DNA of 63,523 nt, counting the filler, from Octopus bimaculoides (lineage: Eukaryota), in assembly GCF_001194135.2 (NCBI RefSeq). It is 5 parts of 3 records of this genome, joined end to end, with 100 filler letters (N's around TTAATTAATTAA, not from the genome) between each part and the next. Parts side by side here need not be neighbours in the genome. Positions count along the whole stretch, not along the records: positions 40,599 to 55,336 come from NC_068996.1; positions 55,437 to 63,523 come from NC_068989.1; 3 more parts are not named here. One strand, 5' to 3'. Made by a program: the position numbers and the translations under genes. Below, piece by piece: positions 53,782 to 63,523 of the stretch (position 1 is its first letter; each line of letters begins with the position of its first letter). The notes under the pieces are model-generated. The model was not told the DNA's origin, ran no database searches, and saw only the letters and a list, made by a program, of their open reading frames with translations.

Positions 53782-54253
53782 AGGCATAGGAGTGGCTGTG
53801 TTGTAAGTAGCTTGCTTACGAACCACATGGTTCCGGGTTCAGTCCCACTGCATAGCACCTTGGGCAAGTGTCTTCTACTAAAGCCTCAGGCCGACCAAAG
53901 CCATGTGAGTGGATTTGGTAGACGGAAACTGAAAGAAGCCCATAGTATATATGTATATATATATATATATGTATCTGTGTGTATATGTTTGTGTGTCTGT
54001 GTTTGCCCCCCCCCCCCNNNNNNNNNNNNNNNNNNNNNNNNNNNNNNNNNNNNNNNNNNNNNNNNNNNNNNNNNNNCATCACTTGACAACCGATGCTGGT
54101 GTGTTTATGTCCCCGTAATTTAGCGGTTCGGCAAAAGAGACCGTTAGAATAAGTACTGGGCTTCCAAAGAATAAGTCCTGGGGTCGATTTGCTCAACTAA
54201 AGGTGGTGCTCCAGCATGGCCACAGTCAAATGACTGAAACAAGTAAACGAGTA
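53782..54253 (+). mobile_element. SINE family A full-length copy
   Basis: AGGCATAGGAGTGGCTGTGTTGTAAGTAGCTTGCTT...GACTGAAACAAGTAAACGAGTA. Confidence 0.9.
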
Positions 54254-54287
54254 TACTTGTGTGTGTGTGTGTGTGTACATACACACA

Positions 54288-55055
54288 CAAAGTCTGATCA
54301 GTAAGTATCTGGACTGTTGACATAGTAACAAAGCTAAAGCATGCAGAGTAAAGCTGTTCGGCAAAGATTGACCTTGAACTCTGCTGGGCATGTACTCTAA
54401 GTTTTAGCATTCTAGCTCACGTCTGATGTTTACAACAGCAATTAGAAGGAAGTTGTGTAGCGTGTGATCGTCGCATTGACCACGACAAAGAAAGTTGTCT
54501 TGACGATACCAGCTCAGAGGTCTGTGCAAAATTGCAGAAAGTGTATGGAGAGGAGTGTATGAGTGGCTCAGATGTTTCCAAGTCAGCAGAACATTCTGGG
54601 AGACACAACCAGCAGAAATGAGAAAAAACATTGCAGATGTGCATGCATCTGTACGGGAAATCGTCGAATCACTATCCATGGGGGGTGTGCAGGTTAGTTG
54701 TTTCAGTTCAGTCCATTATCACTGAAGATTTGGGTTTGAGTTTCAGTTGCGCAAGATCCCCTTGATTGTGTCTAGAATGATGAACATTTTTTGAAAACTT
54801 TGTCTAGGCCTCTGAGCAGGTATTGCCAAGCTTTTGGCAAAATTTGATGCAGATTCTCTGCTCAACTTTCTCTGTCCTGGTCAATGTGACAATCACATGC
54901 TACACGTCTTCCTTCCAATCACTGTTGTAAACAGTGGAAATTAGCTAGAATGTTAAAACTTGAGTTCAAGCTCAATTTGTGTCAGGTGGCTTCTCCTTGC
55001 ATGCTTTAGCTTTGTTACTATGGCAACAGTCCAGGTACTTATTGATCAGACCACG
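54288..55055 (-). mobile_element. Internally deleted mariner element with about 60-bp TIRs
   Basis: TIR GTCTGATCAGTAAGTATCTGGACTGTTGACATAGTAACAAAGCTAAAGCATGC mirrored at about 55000-55052, with TA on the right. Minus remnant QRICIKFCQKLGNTCSEA (mariner HTH start). Confidence 0.8.
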
Positions 55056-55230
55056 TATATATATATATATATATATAAATAACGTCAACCACTAACGTGG
55101 ACAATTAATGCGCTAGAAATAGATCACATCTTGTGTCTATTAAAACCTAAATTGTTCTCAACATGAAATATAGCAGCATACCAAAACGGGAGCGGGCAAG
55201 ACATTTAAAATCACCTAAAAAAGCATTCTT

Positions 55231-55295
55231 AAACAGGGACCGGTTTCGGATTTAACAAATTCTTACCATTTGTCTATTCCTCTTCAGCCTGATTT
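55231..55295 (-). ncRNA. Type I hammerhead ribozyme with complete core, inside a 23-bp inverted repeat
   Basis: CAGG-CUGAAGA-GGAAUAGACAAAU(GGUAAGA)AUUUGUUAAAUCC-GAAA-CCGG-UC-CCUG: stem I CAGG/CCUG, stem II GGA/UCC plus GACAAAU/AUUUGUU, palindromic ACCGGU stem III, and GUC cleavage triplet. Confidence 0.8.
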
Positions 55296-55547
55296 GTAAT
55301 GTAACTGCAATCTAGGTGATTTTAAATGTCTTGCCCNNNNNNNNNNNNNNNNNNNNNNNNNNNNNNNNNNNNNNNNNNNNTTAATTAATTAANNNNNNNN
55401 NNNNNNNNNNNNNNNNNNNNNNNNNNNNNNNNNNNNTATATATATATAAAACTGTATGTACGCTTGCATATAAATAGGTGCGGGTGAATGTATGTATGTG
55501 TTTGTGTGTGTATGTGCGTATGCACGCGTGCGTGCATGTTTGCATTT

Positions 55548-56414
55548 TTAATCCCAGTTTCTCATTTCTCTATAAAATATCTCGTGGTGAAGAGATTTGA
55601 GATCCTCGACAAGATCTTGAAGTCTGATGCGCTTTTTAGGGTTGACCATGGTGCAGCTGCTCACGAGAGGAACGAGACATTCCACCCGCATCAGGTCCTG
55701 AATTGCATCAAAGACATGACCCAGACTGAACACATCCGACGAAGTACTGGTTAGTTGTTTTGCTTTGACCTCAGGGGCAACATGGTAACAGCTTTCACTT
55801 TCCGAAATATCAAACGATATTCCTTTCAGGGTGCTAGCACATCCAAAATCGATAAAGCGAATTTGAAAATCGATAGTGTATCGATCTATAAGTATGTTAT
55901 CAGTTTTAATATCGTTTAATAAAATGCCTTGAGCGTGTATTTTCTTTAATCCACGAGAAAGCTGCAAGCAGATACCTATACAATTTTTGCTCTTAAGCGT
56001 AATACGCAAATCACACAGAAATTTTGAAAGGGTAATACCTTGCCCGAAATATTCTTGAACTAAGCACGGTTGTATTTCTAAATTTTCATCCTGGATCAAA
56101 CCGAAACATTTCGGTACCACTCCCGTTTCTGATAAATGGTTCATAATTTTAGCTTCGGCACAAATTTCCTTCATGTCTTTGTTCTTGAAGCATTTCGCTA
56201 CTACCAAACTTGACATCCCTTTGCAGCGACCCAGGTAGACTCGGCCGTATGTGCCCTTGCCAACCAACTCTTTTTGTCCATCGTTGCGTGATATGTAACG
56301 AAATTCCATGTCCAGGATCGGTAAGGTTATATTTTCCAAATCTAAATTTCTGTAAGGATGAACGCCAGTGGCAATTTGGATCTTTTTAACAGTTTTCCAA
56401 AATTTAGAACCCAT
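55548..56414 (-). CDS. Uninterrupted non-RD Ser/Thr-type protein kinase domain protein, 288 aa
   Basis: ATG in ACAATGG context, TAA stop, no frameshift. Motifs GKGTYG, VVAK, alphaC-like Glu (EICAE), catalytic loop LLNDIKTDN, DFG, APE, SDVFSLG and subdomain XI Arg (NPKKR). Confidence 0.9.
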   Translation of the reverse strand: MGSKFWKTVKKIQIATGVHPYRNLDLENITLPILDMEFRYISRNDGQKELVGKGTYGRVYLGRCKGMSSLVVAKCFKNKDMKEICAEAKIMNHLSETGVVPKCFGLIQDENLEIQPCLVQEYFGQGITLSKFLCDLRITLKSKNCIGICLQLSRGLKKIHAQGILLNDIKTDNILIDRYTIDFQIRFIDFGCASTLKGISFDISESESCYHVAPEVKAKQLTSTSSDVFSLGHVFDAIQDLMRVECLVPLVSSCTMVNPKKRIRLQDLVEDLKSLHHEIFYREMRNWD

Positions 56415-56425
56415 TGTACTGTGGA

Positions 56426-56428
<3 letters not shown>

Positions 56429-56506
<78 letters not shown>
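56429..56506. repeat. (TTA)n microsatellite just upstream of the kinase ATG
   Basis: Direct read. Confidence 0.97.
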
Positions 56507-56507
<1 letters not shown>

Positions 56508-56847
56508 TCTATTAGTAGTAGTTGTTGCCGTGGTTCACTTCGTTTTTCTTCATTAAGGGGGTCGGTAAGATAACTACAAGTCAGGTGCTAGGATCAATGC
56601 AATCGTCTTCCTCTCCCTTCTCAATATCTGGTTTTGTGCCCAAAATGGAAACAATTATTATTAATGCTGTTGTTGTTGTTGTTGATGTTATTATTTCGGA
56701 CACACTTATTTAAATTACAATAACAATAATTGTAATTATATCCAGATTCATCTGAAGTCTATAAAGGGTTTTTATAGCAGCAAATAAGATAAGACTGCAA
56801 TTGTAACTGTCTTTGGAGAAGACATTGAAAGGGGCTCTCAACTAGGT

Positions 56848-56919
<72 letters not shown>

Positions 56920-57791
56920 GTATAACGAGTTGAAAAACTTCGGTTAACTATCGATGTTATCCATGCAATTAGTTGAGAAAAACTCAAGAGGGTACGTTTA
57001 AAACCTAAAAGTACCAATCAAAGGAGAAAAACAATCGAATGATATCAATTAATTGATAATTTCTTTTTGTGGAAATTATAGAAAATGTTCTTTACAAGAA
57101 ACATAAAAATGGCAGGTATTATTCCAATAAAAATGAAAAAAAAAAACTAGAAATTAACATAAACCCTTGACATGGTATCTAAAATAATCTTGGTTACAAT
57201 TTCATGGAGTCACTGATCTTGCAGGGAACAATAACAGGGAATATCTCACCACAGAAATAATAATTTAGTTTCTGGAATATCCAGACGAGAACCAACGTTC
57301 TCCGTGGCAAGTTTGGTAATTTGTTGAGAGAGATTTCTCTCAGCATGAAACCAATGGTAGCCTTCTTATCCCACAAATGAAGAACATTTATCCACTAATA
57401 CGGTGTTTAGTACTCGTTCTCACTGTTCGATATAAGCGCGCGCGTATATATATGTATGTATGTATGTATGTAAGCGTGTATGTTGATAACCAGGACTATC
57501 AAGGGTGGGGTATGTGTGACAGTCGGTTTGCTCGATCAAGGATTATAAGGACAACAGCAACAATAACAGCGTTCGGTTGGTTAGACTGTATTTATAGCAG
57601 CATCGGTTGTTTAGTTTTCAACATGTCATGTTCGTTCTGGTTCTTTGTCCCTTTGTTCTTCCTTATTTGACTTCACTTTGAGTGACCACCTGAATGAAGA
57701 AAAGTTTGATTTCTATTAAATATGCTTATGAAGTACACACACACGCACACACACACAAACATACACACACACAAACACAAACGTGTATATA

Positions 57792-59099
57792 TCAGGTCAT
57801 CCCATAAGTTCTTCCGAATTTTGAATAAAGAAAACAAGTGATCAAATGTTATATTTAATTGAAATATTTAATCATCAATGTACTTTCCCTGATTATCTAT
57901 GACTTACTTCCATCTATTTACAAGCTTTTTAATCCCATCAATGTAAAACTCTTTTGGTTTCAAAGCGAAGAACTCTGAAATGTCAGTTTCGACCTCGTCT
58001 TGGCTTGCGAAAGTTATGTCCCCCAAATGATTCTGTAAACTACGAAACAAATGGTAGTCTGAAGGAGCAAGGTCGGGAGAATAAGGTGGATGAGGAATTT
58101 TTTCCCAACCAAGCTCTTCGATCTTCTGTGATGTGATCTTTGCAGTGTGGGGTCACGCATTGTCCTTATGAAACATCACTATTTTTCAATTCACTAAAGC
58201 GGGTCTTTTTTTCTTCAAAGCTTAGTTCAAACGCCCTAATTGCTGACAGTAGACTTGAGCACTGATTGTTGAATTAGGTGGTAACAATTCAAAGTGAATT
58301 ACTCCTTTGCAATACTACCAGATAGAGAGAACAACCTTTTCCCCATGAAGTTCCCTTCTCGGTTGTGGTTGAATTTTTTTCCTTTACCAAGCCACCGTTT
58401 ACGACATTTAACATTTCGATAGAAGATCCATTTTTCGTCACCAGTCACAAGTCTATCCAAAAAAAGGGTGAAATGAATTCGTGAGAATGGAGAGAAGAGC
58501 AGATGCCAACTCGGGATTTGCGGTTGCTTTCGGACAATGCATGAGGCGATTAGACTCGGGAAGTTTGTGAGGAACCCATTCACCCAATTTGCTGAGTTTT
58601 CGGATGGTACGTAGCTGTCGATGAATGGTTGAATGACCACATCCAAGCTTCTCTGCTAGTTCCTCAACAGTTACGATGGGATTTTGTTCCATGAGGGTTT
58701 GTAAGACGTCCTCGTCGAGCTCTACAGATCTTCCAGGACGAGGTTCGTCTTCTAGGCTGTAGTTTCTGGCTCAGAATTTCTGGAACCACCGTTGACACTG
58801 GCATACGCTTATTGTCCGATCCCCATATACTGCATTAATGTTCCTCGCTTTTTCTGTTGCGTTGTTGACTTTATTGAACTCATAAAGTAAAATATGCCGA
58901 ATATGCTCCTTTGTTACTTCCAGTATAGCTTTGAAAAAATAACTGTTAAAATCGAACTGCACTCTTCAAAACTTTCACTAAGAATAAGTATAAGGTAAAA
59001 TTACTACCTGCTTTTATAGCAAGTTGATGCAGGTAGTTTATGCCGTGCCCCTCCGGTTCATGCAATTGAAAAAACCGCATTATTTATGGGATGACCCAG
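57792..59099 (-). mobile_element. Full-length mariner (DD34D-type) transposon, frameshifted
   Basis: TA flanks (57790-57791, 59100-59101) and TIR core GGTCATCCCATAA at both ends. Minus fragments EVTKEHIRHILLYEF, EELAEKLG, GEWVPHKL and LDRLVTGDEKWIFY. Length about 1.3 kb. Confidence 0.92.
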
Positions 59100-59503
59100 T
59101 ATGTGTCATCCCATAATGTGTGTGTGTATGTGCATGTATGTGTACGTGAATAGAATCAAATAGAGAGATATCTAGCTTGATAGACTGACAGAAATATTGT
59201 GAAATAAATTCAAATTGCTTATCAGGAGAGCTCTAAGTAACCTCTGCCAAACGATTTGGTTACTTGCTTCTCAACCACAAATGAAACTGAAGCGTTTTCG
59301 TTTACAAAGAAGTGAAACCTGAGTTTATATCCAACAAGGTCATTGCGAAACGTAACAAGCGTTTTAGAACTTTATTCAATATCACGCTGCTGCTGCTTGT
59401 TTTAAAATCGCTCAGGTGTATCGAACAAAGAGATGTCAATAATAGAGACCTATTTAGCGTACTTAGTTTTAGCTAGAATATATATTATAGATGCTGCTGC
59501 TGC

Positions 59504-59510
<7 letters not shown>

Positions 59511-59551
<41 letters not shown>

Positions 59552-59595
59552 TGATAATAATAATAATAATGATGATAATAATAATAATAATGATG

Positions 59596-59662
<67 letters not shown>

Positions 59663-59672
59663 TAATAATGAT
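59511..59672. repeat. (AAT)n microsatellite with GAT interruptions
   Basis: Direct read. Confidence 0.97.
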
Positions 59673-60640
59673 AAAGATTGGGAAGAGGACTTATTGGATC
59701 CGAACACAGCATTAGAGCAGAAGAAAATAACATAGCATGGTATGTAAAAAATGCCACAGAATCGCTATTATTAGAAGTAAGAAGGTCAGGCTTCTCTAGG
59801 ATGAGAAATTGCAAAGATAAAGCACTATACAAGGAAATGAAAACGAATGAAACTGAAAACATGTGAGTAAAGAAAAGGATGCATGGTCAATCTCATAGTG
59901 ATGTTGAAGATAAGACAGACGGAGAAAAAAGATGGCTGTGGATGACTAAAGGTGATTTAAAACTGGTAAGGTAGGCTCTAATCTGTGCTGCCCAAGAGCA
60001 ATCACTAAAAACAAACTGCATAAAATACAGAATAGACAACACATCAGAAAGTGATAAGTGCAAAATCTGTGGACAAAACGGTGAAACCGTATGGCGTATT
60101 ACCAGCCAATGTACGCCACTAGTCCAGAAGAAATATAAGAAACGTCATGACAATATAGCAAGGATTGTCCAGTGGACATTTTGCAACAAGTATGGACTTG
60201 ACAGAGTAAAAAATTGGCACGAAAATAAACCCGAAGTCATCGTCGAAAATGATAATGCAAAGATCCCATAGGATTTTATGATTCAGTGCGACCATGAGAT
60301 AGAGAATAGGAAGCCAGACATAGTGTTAATTGAGAAAGAAAGCAAATTATGCTGGGTCAAAGACATAGCATGCCCAGCTGACAACAAGGTATGCGATAAG
60401 AAAGAAAGAAAAGTCGAGAGATATGACAGGTTAGCTGGGGAAATTATGCAGTTGTGGTCGATGAAAAAGGTGGTAGTAGTACCAAGGATTGTCGGAGCCC
60501 TGGGAACAATGAGTAAAACTCTTGAGAAGTACATGGAACAAATAGGGGGTGCAATAAGGGTGGAACACTTGCAGAAAACATCACTTCTTTGATATCGCTC
60601 GAATTCTTCAGATGATGCCCGAAAAATAAGGGGTGTTACT
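59673..60640 (+). mobile_element. 5'-truncated R4/Dong-like LINE (CCHC plus restriction-like endonuclease)
   Basis: GRGLIGSEHSIRAEEN, AAQEQSLKTN, CKICGQNGETVWRITSQC...RHDNIAR, NRKPDIVLIEK...DIACP and VVPRIVGALG, matching the RLE-clade C-terminus. Confidence 0.9.
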
Positions 60641-60799
60641 TTAGTTCAGTTGTAGTGAGCAACTGAGATCGTAGTCCATTGATAGGAGGGTACCAAATAA
60701 GGGTACGATTAAGGAAAAAGAATTTAGCTGTTGGCTGGATAAATTATATGTAATCTATCGACAACGTTCCACACTGCTGACTCTTGGGCCTGAGAACAC

Positions 60800-61140
60800 T
60801 CAAGGTCAATGAGAAGAATAATGTGTTGTTTTTAGAAAAGGAAAACACATCAAAAAACTCAATGAGATCATCGAAAGTAGGACTAGGATTGGGTGACTTG
60901 TTCTCTTTACGGATTTTCGTGATTGTGTTAGTCTCTCTGACAAGTATACAGAGAAAATCCAGGTCTGTCTATAAGTTTGCCAAAACTAGGGTGAAAATAA
61001 AGCTGCTTTATATAGATGACCACAAAGTGTACACCGAAAATGAAACAACGACAACAACAACTACAACAAAACACGAATTCTCTGAACTAAGAAGCAAGAG
61101 TATTCAACAAGGATATCAGAATGTAGTTTGGGCTAAACTG
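60800..61140 (+). mobile_element. Second R4-like RT fragment
   Basis: LGDLFSLRIFVIVL...LLYIDDHKVY corresponds to the GDSLSPLLF...LLYMDDLKLY RT motifs. Confidence 0.7.
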
Positions 61141-61249
61141 TATTGTTTTAATTGTGAAGAGAAACTAAAAAATTAAACCCGGTGGCACATTACCACAAGA
61201 TGGTAACCACTAAATCGCTGGGAGATAATAAGGAATACAATTTTGGCAT

Positions 61250-61425
61250 AACGGCCGTTGACTTGAGGGAAAGGGTTAATCTATCTTGTCAACGCCAATG
61301 CTTAACTGGTATTTATTTTATCGATCAGGAAAAGGATGAAAAGTAAAGCTGGAAGTTGAACTCAGAACTTAATACTTAATGACATTTTGTCTGTCGTGTA
61401 ACGATTCTGCCAGCTCGACGGCTTT
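61250..61425 (-). mobile_element. SINE family B copy
   Basis: GAAAAGGATGAAAAGTAAAG...TTGAACTCAGAAC...ACGATTCTGCCAGCTCG. Confidence 0.75.
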
Positions 61426-61999
61426 TTAAATAAGTTTTTAAAAATATATACTGAAAAAAGTGGTGAGAAAACCCATTCTGTGACCCCCGCAAGACGCGGC
61501 AGAGAAGGATTCATCCTGGATGACTTCTAATAATGGTTCACAATCTTTGGAATAAAAAAACAGAAACAGAAGTGATATTTGCTGCACAGCTACAAACATT
61601 TGAAAATAAAGGAAGGTACTGACCTCATGTGCAGATTAAGTAATCAATACAATGAGGGGGGCGATCAGATTGTTGTCTTTACATCTAGGACGAGCACTGT
61701 CCCTTCTTTGAGATCCTGCAAGTAAAAAAGAAATGTCATCTTTGATTGGACAGTCCTTGCAAGGTTCATCTATANNNNNNNNNNNNNNNNNNNNNNNNNN
61801 NNNNNNNNNNNNNNNNNNNNNNNNNNNNNNNNNNNNNNNNNNNNNNNNNNNNNNNNNNNNNNNNNNNNNNNNNNNNNNNNNNNNNNNNNNNNNNNNNNNN
61901 NNNNNNNNNNNNNNNNNNNNNNNNNNNNNNNNNNNNNNNNNNNNNNNNNNNNNNNNNNNNNNNNNNNNNNNNNNNNNNNNNNNNNNNNNNNNNNNNNNN

Positions 62000-62062
<63 letters not shown>

Positions 62063-63289
62063 GCAGTTGAACTGGTAGCAATATCCACTGAGCAATATGG
62101 CGACACTTTGTTAGAGAAACAGACAAGCAATGGCATAAACAAGATGCAATTGAGGCAGACATTTAAACATGAAACAAGAAAACAAATACTGAAACGTATC
62201 CCCACACTGGAGATGCCGCCCCCCATCAACTCGCATCCAGGCTTCCTACAGCAATTACTATCAGCAAATCCTTTGTACACAAAGTGCAGTGGCTTTTCAT
62301 ACGTGATTGTTAGTAGTTCAGCTGTGGAATTTGGCAGGAAGGGGCCCTCATATTCCTGATAGCTCATGGAAAACTTTTGTTAGGCTTTTCACCTGAAGTC
62401 AATCCTTCCTGTGCATTTTAAACTCTGCCTTCATCTCTTCATGCACCAGCAATCCCATTCTTCTCCTGCAGGTATTTCAAGAAGTCTCTGAAATCTTCAT
62501 TCTATGATGGCACCGCTGCAAACCTCATAGCTTCCAAAGAGTAGGCGGGCTTCTTCATCTTGGTTTCTTCTGGAAAACGGGTGAACCGATATTTGTTTGT
62601 TCCACATTCTTTCCATTTGGTTTGTTCTTTTTCTTTCTTAACGACTTTTTTTCATTTCTTTTCTGTAAAGCGAGGAATCGGTAGAAGTGGGCATAGAGCG
62701 GGGTGAGGTGGGTGGTGACTCAGTATCTTTGCCCTTAACTTCTTAGTCGTTAGCTTCTGCTCTTAATCCACCATTTAAGAAGCCATGACCAGGAAGCTTT
62801 CAAAACCTTTTCTCTCTACAGGTTCTGCTGCTGTTCACTACTATCTCTCCTCATCTGCTTTCTGTCTTTTTAAGAACGAAATCCTTAAACAATTCTTACT
62901 ACTACACGTGTAACGGCTGGACTTTATGGCGATATGGCTTCGTAGTCTTCAACAGTCATCAAAACTTACCTGTACATAAACACCTATCCGATCAAATCTC
63001 ATTTGCAGTCATTTCGCTACTCTCTATTTCTTCCTACTACACAACAAAAGGAACAAAAGAGTTACGGAAAACGTGACTACAAACAATTTTCTCTCTTAAT
63101 CCCTGTGTTTCTTACTCCAACGTATTTGGAACCTAGTCTATGGGCAGTTATCTGCCAAACCAGCTCTGCCGATTTTCTTCCCTTATCGTTAGTTTCGAAA
63201 ACTAGGCACACATTGTCCTATTCCGACTGACAGACACTGTATCATGACTTTCTTACTCTGAAAGCCTGTTTGCTTTAGGAGAGGCAGAC

Positions 63290-63470
63290 ACATGTTATTT
63301 TTCCTTGGTGGAATCGTTAGCGCGTTAGACAAAACGCTTAGCGGTACTTCTTTCGGTTCTTCACGTTCTGAATTCAAATGTCTCCGACATCGACTCTGCA
63401 CTTCATCCCCTCGGACAAAAAAAAAGTACCAGTTGAGCAAGCTACTTACCACACAGCCACTCCTGCGCCT
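63290..63470. mobile_element. Family B SINE (+) abutting a family A tRNA head (-)
   Basis: GAATCGTTAGCGCGTT...GAATTCAAAT...AAGTACCAGTT directly joined to GAGCAAGCTACTTACCACACAGCCACTCCTGCGCCT. Confidence 0.75.
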
Positions 63471-63523
63471 ATATATATATATATATATATCTGCTAGCAA
63501 ACGCACCCGTCCTTCGGACGGTT

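Noticed and set aside
17130-55392. TTAATTAATTAA repeated four times as a possible regulatory or recombination motif
   Set aside because: It is always centred in 44 N + 12 + 44 N = 100 bp and gives stops in six frames, so it is an assembly spacer, not biology.
62100-62850. Protein-like minus-strand fragments (YEGPFLPNSTAELL...; KYRFTRFPEETKMKK...)
   Set aside because: They are interrupted by stops, with no recognisable motif or splice sites. Possibly a decayed LINE ORF1, but this cannot be supported.

Overview
Eukaryotic, AT-rich, repeat-dense draft-assembly DNA. The SINE and LINE families look like those of octopus or another coleoid cephalopod; this is inferred from repeat recognition, not from a database search. 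Most of the window is transposon debris: tRNA-derived SINEs of at least three families, RTE, L1/Tx1, R4/Dong-like and Penelope-like (PLE) retroelements, Tc1/mariner and hAT elements, and a full-length Chapaev-type DNA transposon. Microsatellites and N gaps are frequent. Two protein-coding signals stand out. One is four phase-compatible GT-AG exons of an unidentified plus-strand gene (23342-53303). The other is an intact, uninterrupted 288-aa non-RD protein kinase ORF on the minus strand (55548-56414). Four hammerhead-ribozyme-like motifs are readable by eye. The best (55231-55295, minus) has a complete catalytic core and sits in the loop of a perfect 23-bp inverted repeat about 250 bp downstream of the kinase stop. 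Four 100-bp gaps carry an artificial TTAATTAATTAA linker and separate blocks of visibly different CpG content, so adjacency across those gaps is not reliable. Most ORF-track entries are microsatellite, N-run or antisense artefacts. No rRNA, complete tRNA or CRISPR array was seen.
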